From an uncultured delta proteobacterium (lineage in GTDB: Bacteria; Desulfobacterota; Binatia; DP-6), in contig CAWFFN010000009.1 in NCBI GenBank assembly GCA_963815115.1, positions 1,792,001 through 1,856,000 on the forward strand: a stretch of DNA of 64,000 nt, in the 5' to 3' direction. Positions 29,652 through 41,080 of this stretch are shown here, one piece after another; position 1 is the stretch's first letter; each line of letters starts with the position of its first letter. A model generated the notes under the pieces. The model saw only the letters and a list, made by a program, of their open reading frames with translations. It had not been told where the DNA came from and did no database searches. The translations under genes were made by a program, and so were the position numbers.

Positions 29652-29786
29652 CCCGTTGGACGTACCGGCACGCCGAGGCGGGCGTCAATGCGATCGCGTC
29701 GGCGATCGCGTCGGCGCGGCCATGGCAGGTGCGAAGCGGGGGGCCCTGCTCGCGCGGTGGCGCTCGGGACGCCACAATGGATTGCC

Positions 29787-31451
29787 GTGCCGCGCGAGGT
29801 CGTGCTGATGCTCCCTCCGTCGCCCGAGCCGCCCGCGACGGACGGAGCGCCGTTGCTGGCGGCGGTGGCGAACGCGCTCGGCTGCGCGCCGCACGCGCTC
29901 TCCGAGGTGCGGCTGCGACGGCTGTCATTCGACGCGCGCCCCCGGGCGCGCTGCTGGCGGCTCGTCGTCGACGCCTGGACACCCGGCGAGCCCGTGCCCG
30001 CGCCGGTCGTGACGGTGCCGCCGACCTTCTCCAGACCCTCGGCCGGCGCGGCGCGCGTCCTCGTCGTCGGCAGCGGCCCCGCGGGCCTGTTCTGCGCCCT
30101 CGACTGCCTCGCCGCCGGGCTGAACGTGACGCTGCTCGAGCGCGGTCTCGACGTCCAGGCCCGCCGGCACGCGCTCGCGGCCGCGAATCGCGGCCTCGCG
30201 ATCGATCCCGACTCGAACTACTGCTTCGGCGAGGGCGGTGCCGGGACGTACTCGGACGGCAAGCTCTACTCGCGCACCGGGTCGCGCTCCGCCGTCCGGG
30301 GCGTGCTGGAGGTGCTCGTGGCGCACGGTGCACCGCCCGAGATACTTGCCAGCTGGCGGCCGCACGTCGGATCGAACCGCCTGCCGCGCGTGGTGCGTGC
30401 GCTGCGCGACACGCTCGAGCGCTCAGGGGGTACGGTGCGCTTCGGCATGCGTGCCGAGACGCTCGAGACGAACGTACGCGATGGCGCCGGCCGCGCCGTC
30501 ACCGCCGTGCTGGCGCGCCGCCTCGACCGTGACGTGTGCGAGCGGGTCCCGTGCGACTCGCTGGTGCTGGCGACGGGCCACAGCGCGCTGGACGCGGTGG
30601 GGATGGCTGCGCAGGCGGGTGCGCGGCTGGAAGCGAAGGGCTTCGCGATGGGCGTGCGCATCGAGCACCCGCAGCCCTGGCTCGACGCGCGCCAGTACGG
30701 CGGCCTGCGCGACGGCTGCGCGCTGCCGGCATCGTTCTACGAGCTGGCGGCGCAGGTGGAGGGGCGGGGCGTGTACAGCTTCTGCATGTGTCCGGGCGGC
30801 TTCGTCGTGCCGGCGAGCACCGAGTCGTCGCGCGTGGTCGTGAACGGCATGAGCCTGTCGCGCCGCGACTCGCCGTTCGCCAGCGCGGGAGTCGTCGTGC
30901 AGGTCGAGCCCGAGGACTGGTGCGGCCCGCGGGGCGCCGCCTGGGGCTGGCCGGCCCTCGTCGGCGGCTCGCTGCCCGAGCATGCGTCCGACGATCCGCT
31001 CTTCGGGGCCCGGCTCCAGCTCGCCCTCGAGCGCCGCGCTGCGGAGGCCGGGGGTGGCGGGAACCGGGCGCCGAGCCAGCGGGCCGATCTCTTCGTCGAG
31101 GGCCGGGGCCGCACCGTGCCACCGGCCGCTGCCAGCTACCGGCCCGGGCTCGCGGCCTGCGATCTCCAGACCCTGCTGCCAGCCGGGATGCGCGCGCGGC
31201 TGCGAGCGGCGCTCCGCACGTTCGACTCGAGGCTCCCGGGCTTCGCGGGTGCGGAAGGACAGCTCATCGGGGTCGAGACCCGCACCAGCTCGCCGGTCCG
31301 CATCGCGCGCGACCCGGAGACGCTCGCGAGCCGCGAGGTCGCCGGCCTGCATCCGTGCGGTGAAGGTGCGGGCTACGCCGGCGGCATCGTGTCCGCAGCG
31401 CTCGACGGCCGGCGCGTCGCGGCGGCGATCGTCGCCCGGCTGGGTCGCTGA
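29787..31451 (+). CDS. FAD-dependent oxidoreductase (COG2509-like)
   Basis: VGSGPAG, FGEGGAGTYSDGKL, FCMCPGG, ETRTSSPVRI, GEGAGYAGGIVSAALDG; start uncertain. Confidence 0.9.
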   Translation: MPREVVLMLPPSPEPPATDGAPLLAAVANALGCAPHALSEVRLRRLSFDARPRARCWRLVVDAWTPGEPVPAPVVTVPPTFSRPSAGAARVLVVGSGPAGLFCALDCLAAGLNVTLLERGLDVQARRHALAAANRGLAIDPDSNYCFGEGGAGTYSDGKLYSRTGSRSAVRGVLEVLVAHGAPPEILASWRPHVGSNRLPRVVRALRDTLERSGGTVRFGMRAETLETNVRDGAGRAVTAVLARRLDRDVCERVPCDSLVLATGHSALDAVGMAAQAGARLEAKGFAMGVRIEHPQPWLDARQYGGLRDGCALPASFYELAAQVEGRGVYSFCMCPGGFVVPASTESSRVVVNGMSLSRRDSPFASAGVVVQVEPEDWCGPRGAAWGWPALVGGSLPEHASDDPLFGARLQLALERRAAEAGGGGNRAPSQRADLFVEGRGRTVPPAAASYRPGLAACDLQTLLPAGMRARLRAALRTFDSRLPGFAGAEGQLIGVETRTSSPVRIARDPETLASREVAGLHPCGEGAGYAGGIVSAALDGRRVAAAIVARLGR

Positions 31452-31539
31452 ACGGGCGTGGGCGGGCCCCCGTGTCGTGCCGCAGCTGTACGCCTGCCGC
31501 CCGCTTGCCCGCCGCGCGGCCACACGTCATTACACCACC

Positions 31540-32076
31540 ATGCCGCTGCACCCTCCGACGTTCGCGCTGCTGGCCCTCGCGCTCCTCTCGCTCGCCGCCT
31601 GCGGAAAGCGCGAGGAGACCGCGAGCGATCCGCTCGCGAGCCGGCTCGACGCCCTCGAGCGGCGCCTCGACTCCATCGATCAGCGGCTCGGGGGTCTCGA
31701 GAAGGAGCTCCCGGCAACCGCGCGGCTGCGGGACGACGTCCGCCTGCTCGAGCAGCGGCTGACCGGCGCCGAGGCGAAGGCGACGCAGGCGCTGGAGACC
31801 GCGAAGGCGGCGCCGACGCTGCCGCCCGTTGCCCCCACGGGCCCGGCCGCCGTCCCGCGACCGGGCGAGCGGCCGGACGTGGTGGAGCGCCGCACGGCGC
31901 TCGCCACCCTCATGACGGAATATCGCCGCAAGCTCTCCGACGTGACGAAGGAGCTCGGACCGAACGCGGACGCGATGGAGCGCGCCGCCGCCCGGCGCGA
32001 GGTGCGGGCGTGGTACATCGCGCGCCGGCGCGCGCTCCTGATGGGCCGGCCGCTGCCCGACGGCGGAGGACAGTAG
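31540..32076 (+). CDS. Coiled-coil lipoprotein
   Basis: Lipobox LAAC followed by heptad repeats. Confidence 0.8.
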   Translation: MPLHPPTFALLALALLSLAACGKREETASDPLASRLDALERRLDSIDQRLGGLEKELPATARLRDDVRLLEQRLTGAEAKATQALETAKAAPTLPPVAPTGPAAVPRPGERPDVVERRTALATLMTEYRRKLSDVTKELGPNADAMERAAARREVRAWYIARRRALLMGRPLPDGGGQ

Positions 32077-32079
32077 TCC

Positions 32080-33522
32080 TCAGGCGTGGAGCGGGGCCCG
32101 GCGCTTGGCCCAGGACGCGGCCTCCTCGAGCTGAGCGGCGACGGCGAGCAGCACGTCCTCGCGCCCGTAGGCGGCGACCAGCTGCGCTCCCACGGGAAGT
32201 CCCTGCGACGTCCAGTGGAGCGGCAACGAGATCGCCGGCTGGCCGGACATGTTGAAGGGCAGCGTGCAGGCGCCATAGGGCGCCGAGCGCAGGAAGGCGC
32301 GCAGGGGATCGTCGGGCGTCGAGCTCAGGTAGCCGATCTCCGGCGGCGGTGCGGCCTGCGTCGGTGTCACGAGCAGATCGAACCCACCGTCCCACCACGA
32401 CGCGAGCCGCCGCCCGAAGGCGTGCACGTACTCGATCGAGGCGAGGAGCTCCGGCGCGCTCGTCGCGCGCCCGCGCTCGACCAGCGCCCAGGTGAGCGGC
32501 TCGAGGTCGGCCTCGGCGACCGGACGCCCGACCTTCAGTCCCCAGGACTCGACCGCGCGCGCCGTGTTGCTGGCGACCACCGAGACATAGGCGAGGACGC
32601 TCTCCGGCTCGTCGAGCGCCGCGGGATGGGCCAGCTCGACGTGGTGGCCGAGATCGGCGAGCAGCGTCGCGGCGCGGTCGGCGGCGGCGAGACACTCGAT
32701 GTGCGTCTCGATGCCGCGCGGGGCGCCGCGCAGCACGCCCACGCGCAGCCGCGCCGGCGGCTGCGCGATCGCGCTCGCGAACGGGCGGGCCGGCGGCTGC
32801 GCGAAGTAGGGATCACCCGGCATGGGGCCGGCGGTGACGTCGAGCAGCGCGGCGGTGTCGCGGACGCTCCGCGTGACGACGAACTCGGCCGAGAAGCTGC
32901 TCCAGCGCTCTCCCAGCGCGGGCCCGAAGGAGTTGCGACCCCGCGTGGGCTTGAGCCCGACGAGCGCGCACATGCTCGCCGGCCCGCGGATCGATCCTCC
33001 GCCGTCGCTGGCGTGCGCCGCCGGCACGATGCCGGCCGCCACGGCGGACGCGGCCCCGCCGCTCGAGCCGCCGGCGCTGTGCTTGAGGCTCCAGGGATTG
33101 CGCGTCGCGCCGTAGGCCTCCGGCTCCGTGGTGGGCAGGAGGGCCAGCTCGGGCGTGTTGGTGCGGCCGAGCGACACCAGGCCCGCGGTGCGGAAGCGGC
33201 GCGTGAGATAGGAGTCCTCCCGCTCCCTCCAGCCCGCGTCGCGCAGGAAGCGCATCCCGCAGTGATAGGGCGCGCCTGCCTCCGTGCCGCCGATGTCCTT
33301 CATCAGGAACGGAACGCCGCGGAACGGTCCATCCGCCAGGTCGGGTGCCGAGGCGGCCGACAGGGCGCGCTCGAGTGCGGGGTGGATCACCGCGTTCAGC
33401 CGGGGGTTCAGGTGCTCGAGCCGCGCGACGGCCGCCTCGACCAGCTCGCGCGGCGAGACGTCTCCACGGCGGACCAGCGCGGCCTGCGCGGTGGCGTCGA
33501 GGCTGGAGAGATCGGTGGCCAT
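32080..33522 (-). CDS. Amidase (amidase signature family)
   Basis: [22 protein letters not shown]. Confidence 0.95.
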   Translation of the reverse strand: MATDLSSLDATAQAALVRRGDVSPRELVEAAVARLEHLNPRLNAVIHPALERALSAASAPDLADGPFRGVPFLMKDIGGTEAGAPYHCGMRFLRDAGWREREDSYLTRRFRTAGLVSLGRTNTPELALLPTTEPEAYGATRNPWSLKHSAGGSSGGAASAVAAGIVPAAHASDGGGSIRGPASMCALVGLKPTRGRNSFGPALGERWSSFSAEFVVTRSVRDTAALLDVTAGPMPGDPYFAQPPARPFASAIAQPPARLRVGVLRGAPRGIETHIECLAAADRAATLLADLGHHVELAHPAALDEPESVLAYVSVVASNTARAVESWGLKVGRPVAEADLEPLTWALVERGRATSAPELLASIEYVHAFGRRLASWWDGGFDLLVTPTQAAPPPEIGYLSSTPDDPLRAFLRSAPYGACTLPFNMSGQPAISLPLHWTSQGLPVGAQLVAAYGREDVLLAVAAQLEEAASWAKRRAPLHA

Positions 33523-33558
33523 GGGCTCGTGTAGCACAGATCGCCGCCCCTGCGTGTC

Positions 33559-34230
33559 TCACCCGAGCGGGACGCCCACGGCCGCGCACACGATCCAGCC
33601 CGCGAAGCCGACGAACAGCGGGATGGTGAGGTTGTCGTCGAGCCGCAGCGGGACCATCTCGAAGGACGTGGCCGCTAGCGCCAGCAGGAACGATGCGCCG
33701 GCGACGGTCGCGTAGGATGCTCCGGTCGCGAAGAAGAGCACGACGAGCGAGACCACCAGGGCGGCGAGGAAGAAGGCGAGCGTGCCCTCGACGGTTCGGT
33801 GCGGCGCGATCTGCCGCCGGCCCCAGGAGATGCCGACCATGGCCGCCAGGGGATCGGCGATGGCCAGCGTGTAGATGGCGATGAGGGCGACCGGCTTGGG
33901 AAAGGTGAGGATCGTGAGCAGGGTCGCGATGGCGTAGGGCGTCATCGCGGATTCCTTGAACTGCTCCTCGGCGCGGAAGAACAGGCGGTTCAGCAGGGGC
34001 ACGCGCCGCGTCACCTCGGGATAGTGAATGCGAATGCGATCGAGGATGTACACCAGGCAGGCGATCGTGCCGAAGAGATGCACGACCTGCTGGTGCGTGA
34101 AGAGCAGGGCGTAGGCCGAGGCGACCGTGACGCCGTTCGCCAGATGGATGAGGCGGCGTCCGAGCTGCAGATCCTTGCGGGTCGCCGTCGGACCATCGAT
34201 GGCCACCGCGGCGTCGTCGGCAGTCTCCAC
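33559..34230 (-). CDS. CTP-dependent dolichol/phytol/diacylglycerol kinase family membrane protein
   Basis: RRLIHL, ADPLAAMVG, RTVEGT, DDNLTIP. Confidence 0.85.
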   Translation of the reverse strand: METADDAAVAIDGPTATRKDLQLGRRLIHLANGVTVASAYALLFTHQQVVHLFGTIACLVYILDRIRIHYPEVTRRVPLLNRLFFRAEEQFKESAMTPYAIATLLTILTFPKPVALIAIYTLAIADPLAAMVGISWGRRQIAPHRTVEGTLAFFLAALVVSLVVLFFATGASYATVAGASFLLALAATSFEMVPLRLDDNLTIPLFVGFAGWIVCAAVGVPLG

Positions 34231-34313
34231 GGCGCGATGGTGACGCCCTCGCGGCGCGCGTGCAACGGGCCGGCGCTTGACGCAGCCGCGAGCCCTGCGC
34301 TCACTGGCGCCTC

Positions 34314-34506
34314 ATGGCAGATGCCCTCTTCGAGCGCGACGGCTCCCGCTTCGTGCCGACCGAGCTCGCGCGCGGGCCCTGGACGCCGGGCGCGCTCCAC
34401 GGCGGTCCGCAGCCGGACGGTATCGGCCTCGCGGAGAGCCGGCTGTGGGACCGTGACGGGCGCCTGGGGCCGTGCGGTGCAGAGCCTGCTGATCGACCGA
34501 CACTGA
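34314..34506 (+). pseudogene. Acyl-CoA thioesterase (TesB-like) remnant with large internal deletion
   Basis: N-terminus FVPTELARGPW...HGGP is fused directly to C-terminus GIGLAESRLWDRDGRLG(frameshift)RAVQSLLI. Confidence 0.8.
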
Positions 34507-34581
34507 GTCGCCCGCGGGTTGGCCCGACCAGGCCGCGGCTGGTAGAAGAGGCGCCCGCCGACACGGAGGACGAGAGCCACC

Positions 34582-34842
34582 ATGCCGAAGAAGATCGCGA
34601 AGAAGGATTTGCCGTCGCCCGATGACGTGGCGACCGCCAAGCCGCTCGTGGAGAGGCTGGACAAGCGTCGGACGACGCTCGCGGCCGCCCGCACCGCTGC
34701 CACCAAGGACGGGGTGGTGGTGAAGCACGAGCCGAAATACCGGACGGCCCGCAAGAAGCTCAAGCGGGCGCAGCGCCGCCTGCGGGTCGAGCTGATCCGC
34801 GCCTCGGGCCAGATGAAGAAGGCCCCGCCCGCCGAGTCGTAG
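34582..34842 (+). CDS. Small basic hypothetical protein
   Basis: GGAGG RBS; 86 aa with RKKLKRAQRR. Confidence 0.8.
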   Translation: MPKKIAKKDLPSPDDVATAKPLVERLDKRRTTLAAARTAATKDGVVVKHEPKYRTARKKLKRAQRRLRVELIRASGQMKKAPPAES

Positions 34843-34867
34843 CGCGCGCGCCCGGGGCGCCTCGGCC

Positions 34868-36706
34868 TCAGGCCACGTGGCGGCCGCTGTCGGGACCGAC
34901 GGCACGGATCAGGGCCTCGAACTCGATCGATTCCAGGGTCTCCTTGTCGAGAAGCGCCTTGGAGACCCGATCGAGCAGCGCACGCTTCTCGGTGAGCAGC
35001 ACGGTCACCCGGGCGAGCCGTTCGTCGAGGATGTGCTTGACCTCGGAGTCGAGCGCCTGCGCCGTGGCCTCGCTGTACTCGCGTTGCTCGGGGAGCAATC
35101 CGGCCCGGTCGCCGAGGAACGCCGGGCCGCGCCGGCGCGGGAAGGTCATCGGCCCGAGGGTGTCGCTCATGCCGTACTCGAGCACCATGGACCGCACGAT
35201 GTCGGTGGCGCGGTCGAGGTCGTTGGAAGCCCCGGTCGAGATCTCGTCGAAGACGATCGACTCCGCGGCACGGCCGCCGAAGAGGACGTCGACCCGCGCC
35301 TCCAGCTCCTTGCGGGTCATCAGGTAGCGGTCGTCCGTGGGCAGCTGCTGGGTGTGGCCGAGCGCCCCGATGCCACGCGGGATGATCGAGATCTTGTGGA
35401 CCTTGTCCGCTCCCTCGGTGAAGGCCGCGACCAGTGCGTGACCGCTCTCGTGGACGGCGACGATCTCGCGCTCGTGCGGATTGATGAGCCGGCTCTTCTT
35501 GCGCAGACCGGCCACCACGCGATCGATCGCCTCCTCGAAGTCGCTCATGTCGACCTCGGTCTTGCGGCGTCGGGTCGCGAGCAGGGCGGCCTCGTTCACC
35601 ATGTTCGCCAGGTCGGCGCCGACGAAGCCCGGCGTGCGCTGGGCGAGCACGCCGAAATCCACGCTCGCCGCGAGCTTCACGCCCTTCGCATGCACCCGCA
35701 GGATGGCCTCCCGTCCGCGCCGGTCGGGCCGGTCGAGCAGCACCTGACGATCGAAGCGGCCCGCACGCAGCAGCGCCGGGTCGAGCACCTCGGGACGGTT
35801 GGTGGCGGCGAGGATGATCACGCCCTTGGCGGTGTCGAAGCCGTCCATCTCGACGAGGAGCTGGTTGAGCGTGTTCTCGCGCTCGTCGTGACCGCCGACG
35901 ACGCCCGCCAGGCCGCGCGCCTTGCCGAGTGCGTCGAGCTCGTCGATGAAGACGATGCAGGGCGCCTTGCTCTCGGCCTGCGCGAAGAGATCGCGTACGC
36001 GGGCGGCGCCCATGCCGACGAACAGCTCGACGAACTCGGAGCCGCTGATCGAGAAGAAGGGGACGTCGGCCTCGCCGGCGACGGCCTTCGCGAGCAGCGT
36101 CTTGCCCGTGCCCGGAGGGCCGATCAGCAGCACGCCCTTCGGCAGCTTGCCGCCGAGCAGCTTGAACTGCGCCGGCTCCTTCAAGAACTGGATTATCTCC
36201 TGCAGCTCCTCCTTGGCCTCGTCCTGCCCGGCGACGTCGTCGAACCTGACGCCGGTCTCCTTCTCGGCATAGATGCGGGCGCGGCTCTTGGTGAACGCCA
36301 TCACGCCGGCGCCGGGCCCCATGCGCCGCATGGCGAGTGCCCAGATGCCGACGAAGACCACGGCGGGCAGCACCCAGGAGACGATCGCGTTCAGGACCGG
36401 GCTCTCGTACTGGCCCTCGTAGAGCACGCCCTGCTTCTGCAGCTCGGGCACCAGCTCGTCGTCGGTCACGCGGACGGTCACGAAGCTCTTCTGGTCGCCG
36501 GCGTGCTCGGGCTTGACGGTGCCGCGGACGAGCGTGTCGGAGAGCACGACCTGCTCGACCCAGCCCTTGCCGAGCATGTCGCGGAACTCGGAGTACGGGA
36601 TCTGCTTCGCCTGCGGCGAGAGCAACGTCTGGAGCCAGAAGAGCGCGATCGCGGCAAGCATGAAGTAGCCCACCGAGAAGGTCTGACGGCGAGGCACGGA
36701 CGGCAT
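34868..36706 (-). CDS. ftsH: ATP-dependent zinc metalloprotease FtsH
   Basis: 2 TM helices, [37 protein letters not shown]. Confidence 0.97.
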   Translation of the reverse strand: MPSVPRRQTFSVGYFMLAAIALFWLQTLLSPQAKQIPYSEFRDMLGKGWVEQVVLSDTLVRGTVKPEHAGDQKSFVTVRVTDDELVPELQKQGVLYEGQYESPVLNAIVSWVLPAVVFVGIWALAMRRMGPGAGVMAFTKSRARIYAEKETGVRFDDVAGQDEAKEELQEIIQFLKEPAQFKLLGGKLPKGVLLIGPPGTGKTLLAKAVAGEADVPFFSISGSEFVELFVGMGAARVRDLFAQAESKAPCIVFIDELDALGKARGLAGVVGGHDERENTLNQLLVEMDGFDTAKGVIILAATNRPEVLDPALLRAGRFDRQVLLDRPDRRGREAILRVHAKGVKLAASVDFGVLAQRTPGFVGADLANMVNEAALLATRRRKTEVDMSDFEEAIDRVVAGLRKKSRLINPHEREIVAVHESGHALVAAFTEGADKVHKISIIPRGIGALGHTQQLPTDDRYLMTRKELEARVDVLFGGRAAESIVFDEISTGASNDLDRATDIVRSMVLEYGMSDTLGPMTFPRRRGPAFLGDRAGLLPEQREYSEATAQALDSEVKHILDERLARVTVLLTEKRALLDRVSKALLDKETLESIEFEALIRAVGPDSGRHVA

Positions 36707-36759
36707 GAACCCCTCCTCCAGCTCAGCCTGCCGGCTTCGCGCTTTCTTGGCTAGTAGGT

Positions 36760-36872
36760 CGACCCGAGACTCCGTCTCGGGTCGAAGACGGACGCGAGCG
36801 TGCGGCGTCCGGTGGGTTCAGCAAACCTCAAGCTCCCCCTCCGCGCCGGCCCGAGACGGAGTCTCGGGCCGG
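36760..36872. repeat. REP-like palindrome doublet
   Basis: CGACCCGAGAC-TCC-GTCTCGGGTCG (36760-36784) and CCGGCCCGAGAC-GGA-GTCTCGGGCCGG (36846-36872). Confidence 0.8.
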
Positions 36873-37592
36873 GGTCCACGACTCGTGCAGGCCGCACTCG
36901 CGCTTGAGCCCGAAGAAGCGGGTCTCCTCCTCGGCCACGCCGTCGGTGAGCTTGGCCGAGGTGTGCCAGTCGCCGATCGACACGTAGCCCTCCACCCAGA
37001 GCGGGTGGTAGGGCAGGTCGTTGCGCGTCAGGTAGTCGTAGACGTGCTTGTCGTTCCAGTCGACGATCGGGTGCACCTTCAGGAAGCCGTCCTGGAGGCC
37101 GAGGACCGACAGGTGGCGCCGCGTCTCGGCCTGCGCGCGACGCAGCCCGACGATCCAGCCGCGCGCGCCGAGCTCGTCCAGAGCCCGTTGCATCGGCTCC
37201 ACCTTGTTCATGTGGTTGTAGCGCTCGATGGCCGCGAGTCCCTGCTCCCAGAGCTTGCCCCAGCGCGCCTCCTGCCACGCCGGGCTCCGCTCCGCCCGGT
37301 AGACCTTGAGATTGAGGCTCAGGCGCTGGGTGAGCTCGTCGATGAAGCGGTAGGTCTCCGGGAAGAGATAGCCGGTATCGACCACCACCACCGGGATCTC
37401 GGGCCACTGGCGAGTGACCATGTGGAGGAGCACCGCTGCCTGGGCGCCGAAGCTGGAGGAGAGGACGATGTGAGGCCGCAGCCGGTCGAGCGCCCACGCC
37501 ACGCGGGCCTCGGCCGGGGCGTGCTCGAGCTCGGAGTTCCCGGCCTCGAGGTCGATGTCGGTGACGTCCAGGGGAGGGGATCGCAGCAGCAC
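36828..37592 (-). CDS. cysH: Phosphoadenylyl-sulfate (PAPS) reductase
   Basis: [35 protein letters not shown]; lacks the Fe-S cysteine pair; start approximate. Confidence 0.93.
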   Translation of the reverse strand: MLLRSPPLDVTDIDLEAGNSELEHAPAEARVAWALDRLRPHIVLSSSFGAQAAVLLHMVTRQWPEIPVVVVDTGYLFPETYRFIDELTQRLSLNLKVYRAERSPAWQEARWGKLWEQGLAAIERYNHMNKVEPMQRALDELGARGWIVGLRRAQAETRRHLSVLGLQDGFLKVHPIVDWNDKHVYDYLTRNDLPYHPLWVEGYVSIGDWHTSAKLTDGVAEEETRFFGLKRECGLHESWTPARDSVSGRRGGGA

Positions 37593-37647
37593 GCAGACAT
37601 GTATACGCACGGCCGCGGCCAGAGCCAGGGACGCCCGTTGGCGCCCG

Positions 37648-37675
37648 TTGACATCTTGGCAAACGGACACAGTCT
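37648..37675 (+). promoter_or_regulatory. Putative sigma70 promoter of lon (likely leaderless)
   Basis: TTGACA-16 nt-CAGTCT, 7 nt before the ATG; no SD. Confidence 0.5.
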
Positions 37676-37682
37676 GCCCAGC

Positions 37683-39968
37683 ATGGCCGCCACCTACAGG
37701 CTGATCCCCCTCGACGACACGGTGGTATTCCCGCAAATGCAGGTGACGCTACCGGTGGACGTCGGGACCGAGTCCCGTGTCTTCCTGGTCCCCCGCCATG
37801 GCACCGACTATGCCCACGTGGGGGTCGTCGCAGACGTGGTCGAGCGCATCCAGCTTCCCGGCCCGGCCCGCGCGGTGAGCCTTCTCGGGGTCAACCGAGC
37901 CGTTGCGGGCGCAGCGCGCGCCGGGCGCGACGGCGAGCTGCGCGTCGAGGTCGAGGAGCATCCCGACGTGACCCCGCCGCGGAGCCAGACGCGCGATCTG
38001 GAGCGCGAGTATCGCGCCGTCGTGGACGAGATTCTCGAGCTGCGCGGCGACGACGGCCGGGTGCGCGCGTTCGTCCGCTCCATCGCCGAGCCGGGCGCGC
38101 TCGCCGACACCTCGGGCTACTCGCCCGACCTGAGCTTCGCCCAGAAGGTCGACCTGCTGCAGACGCTCGACGTGGTGGAGCGCCTCCGCATGGCCCTCGG
38201 CTTCCAGCGCGACCGCCTCGCCGAGCTCCAGGTGCGCAAGCGCATCCGCGAGGACGTCGAGTCGGGCGCCCAGAAGCAGCAGCGGGACTACTTCCTGCGC
38301 AAGCAGATGGACTCCATCCGCAAGGAGCTCGGAGAGGACGAGGCCTCGGTCGCCGACGAGTACCGCACCAAGATCGCCGAGGCGGGCATGCCCGATGCGG
38401 TGCGCGAGCAGGCGGAGCGCGAGCTGCGCCGGCTCGAGCGCATGGGCGATCAGAGCGGCGAGTCGTCGATGATCCGCACCTACCTCGACTGGCTCATCGC
38501 GGTGCCCTGGGCGAAGCGCTCCGAGGACCGGCTCGATCCGGTCGAGGCGCGGCGCGTCCTCGACGCCGACCATGCCGGCCTCGACGACGTGAAGGCGCGC
38601 ATCACCGAATACCTCGCCGTGCGCAAGCTGCGCGCCGAGCGCGGCGTGCCGGACGACAAGCGCTCGGGTGTCATCCTGACGCTCATCGGACCGCCCGGAA
38701 CCGGCAAGACCTCCATCGGCGAGTCGATCGCCCGGGCCACGGGCCGCAGCTTCGTCCGCATGTCGCTCGGCGGCGTGCGTGACGAGGCCGAGATTCGCGG
38801 ACATCGGCGCACCTACATCGGCGCGCTGCCGGGCAGGCTCGTGCGTGCACTGCGCGACGCCGGCACCATGAACCCGGTCATCATGCTCGACGAGGTCGAC
38901 AAGATCGGCGCCGATTGGCGCGGCGATCCGTCGTCGGCGCTCCTCGAGGTGCTCGACCCGGCCCAGAACCACTCCTTCCGCGACCACTACCTCGACGTCG
39001 AGGTCGATCTCTCGCGCGTCCTCTTCATCGCCACCGCCAACGTCGCCGACACCATCCCGGGACCGCTCCTCGACCGCATGGAGATCCTCCGCTTCGACGG
39101 CTACACGATGGACGAGAAGGTCCACATCGCGCGCGGCTACCTCTGGCCGCGTCAGGTGGAGCGCAACGGGCTGCGTCCCGACGAGGTCTCGATCGACGAC
39201 GAGGTGCTGCGTACGGTGGTCACCGAGTACACGCGCGAGGCCGGCGTGCGCCAGCTCGAGCGCGAGCTCGGCACGTTGCTCCGCAAGATCGCCACCCGCA
39301 CGGTGTCCGGCACGGCCACCCCCCCGGTGGCCGTCGACCTGGCGCTCGTGCGCGACGCGCTCGGGCGGCAGAAGTTCTTCCAGGAGTCGATCGAGCGCAC
39401 GGCCGTCCCCGGCGTGGCGACGGGTCTCGCCGTCACCGGCACGGGCGGCGACGTGCTCTTCGTCGAGGCGGCGTCCATGCCCGGCAACGGCGGCCTCGTG
39501 CTCACCGGGCAGCTGGGCGACGTCATGAAGGAGTCGGCGCGCATCGCCCTCACCTGGGTGCGCAGCCATGCGGTCGGGCTCGGCATTCCGGACGCGGCCT
39601 TCGAGGGTCGCGAGTTCCACCTCCACGTACCCGCGGGCGCCATTCCCAAGGACGGCCCGAGCGCCGGCATCACGATGACGACCGCGATCGCCTCGCTGCT
39701 CACGGGCCGGCCGGTGAAGCACACCGTCGGCATGACGGGCGAGGTGACGTTGCAGGGCCGCGTGCTTCCCATCGGCGGCGTCAAGCAGAAGGTGCTCGCG
39801 GCGCACGCGGCGGGGCTCCGCGAGGTGATCCTGCCCGAGCGCAACCGGGGCGATCTCGACGACGTGCCGGCCGACGTCCGGCAGCAGATGCGCTTCCATC
39901 CGGTCAGCACCATCGACGAGGTGCTGGCGCTGGCGCTCGAGGACGAGACGGCGAAGCTCGCGGCCTGA
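37683..39968 (+). CDS. lon: Lon protease
   Basis: [44 protein letters not shown]. Confidence 0.97.
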   Translation: MAATYRLIPLDDTVVFPQMQVTLPVDVGTESRVFLVPRHGTDYAHVGVVADVVERIQLPGPARAVSLLGVNRAVAGAARAGRDGELRVEVEEHPDVTPPRSQTRDLEREYRAVVDEILELRGDDGRVRAFVRSIAEPGALADTSGYSPDLSFAQKVDLLQTLDVVERLRMALGFQRDRLAELQVRKRIREDVESGAQKQQRDYFLRKQMDSIRKELGEDEASVADEYRTKIAEAGMPDAVREQAERELRRLERMGDQSGESSMIRTYLDWLIAVPWAKRSEDRLDPVEARRVLDADHAGLDDVKARITEYLAVRKLRAERGVPDDKRSGVILTLIGPPGTGKTSIGESIARATGRSFVRMSLGGVRDEAEIRGHRRTYIGALPGRLVRALRDAGTMNPVIMLDEVDKIGADWRGDPSSALLEVLDPAQNHSFRDHYLDVEVDLSRVLFIATANVADTIPGPLLDRMEILRFDGYTMDEKVHIARGYLWPRQVERNGLRPDEVSIDDEVLRTVVTEYTREAGVRQLERELGTLLRKIATRTVSGTATPPVAVDLALVRDALGRQKFFQESIERTAVPGVATGLAVTGTGGDVLFVEAASMPGNGGLVLTGQLGDVMKESARIALTWVRSHAVGLGIPDAAFEGREFHLHVPAGAIPKDGPSAGITMTTAIASLLTGRPVKHTVGMTGEVTLQGRVLPIGGVKQKVLAAHAAGLREVILPERNRGDLDDVPADVRQQMRFHPVSTIDEVLALALEDETAKLAA

Positions 39969-41080
39969 TCACGCCTGGGGCGCGCCTGGCAGCGCGCCCC
40001 AGGACGGCAGCGGCACGCCGTCGGCGATCGCCTCGGCGACGAGCTGCCCCACCCGGACGCCGAGCGCGACGCCGTGACCCGCGCAGCCCGCGTTGACGAT
40101 CACGCCGGGCGCGTCCGGCAGCCGGCCGAGCACCGGCGTCCGCTGCGGAGTGAACGCGATCGGTCCGCCCCAGCGCGCGACGATCTCGGCGCCGGCGAGG
40201 ATGCGGTGGAGGCGCGTGATGCGCTCCTCCAGGCGCGCCAGCACGGCCGTGCCTTCCGCACCGTGCAGCGCGACCCGTGACACGTCGGCGCCGTGCACGA
40301 GCCCGGCGCCCGAGGACGAGACGCCCGTCGGCGGTCGCGCGGCCCCAGAGATACGGCAGGTCGGCGGTGTAGAACGGGATCGCGTCGCCGACGCCCAGCT
40401 CGGCGAGCGCCGCGGCGTCGAGTGGCGCCGTGCAGATGGCGAGCGTCAGGGCGGCGCCCAGGGGAACCCGCAGCGCCAGCAGCGTCGCGGTGTAGGCGTT
40501 GAGCGCGACGACCACCTGATCGGCGTACAGCGTCCCGCTGGCGAGGCGCAGGCACGTCGGGCGACCCGGCTCGATCGCGAGTACGGCGGCATCCTCGTGC
40601 AGGCTCGCGCCGGCGACCCCGCGCGGCGCGGCCGAGCCCGGCCACCAGGGCTCCGGGGTCGATCGTGCCGCCCGGCACCGTGTCCGCGACGCACAGCCAC
40701 GCGTCGCCGTCACGCCAGAGCGTGCGCCGCGCGCCGGGCTCGGCGCGGTGGGCGAGCTCCCAGCAGCCGTTCAGGCGGAGGCCGCACTCGATGTGCTCTC
40801 GCGCGACGACCGCGGCGAGCGCGGCGAGACAGTGCTCGACGCGCTCCAGCGGACCGACGGCCGTGCCTTCGAGCACGATCCCGCCGGTGCGACCGCTCGC
40901 GCCGGCGCCCAGCCGGGATGCCTCGAGCAGCACGACGCCTACGCCACGCCGCGCGAGGTGATAGGCCGCCGAGAGGCCGGCAAAGCCGCCGCCGACGACG
41001 GCGACGTCACAGCGCGCGGGCAGGGGAGTGGACGCGACCTCCAGGTCGACGTGCCACGGCGGCTGGCCCCAGTCCGGCAT
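39969..41080 (-). pseudogene. DAO-family FAD-dependent oxidoreductase with two frameshifts (possibly sequencing errors)
   Basis: VGGGFAG, GASGRTGG, ARWGG, GCAGHGVA spread over three frames; shifts in G-runs near 40618 and 40310. Confidence 0.8.

Noticed and set aside
34868-36706. ftsH as a functional partner of the YejM-like gene
   Set aside because: It lies about 25 kb away with no lapB or lpxC nearby; nothing in the sequence supports a link.
34877-36754. Long antisense ORFs (also 17164..19164, 37749..39899, 59381..62092)
   Set aside because: Shadow frames of well-supported genes, expected at high GC.
37656-37680. Imperfect inverted repeat before lon as a CIRCE element
   Set aside because: Arms and spacing deviate too far from TTAGCACTC-N9-GAGTGCTAA.
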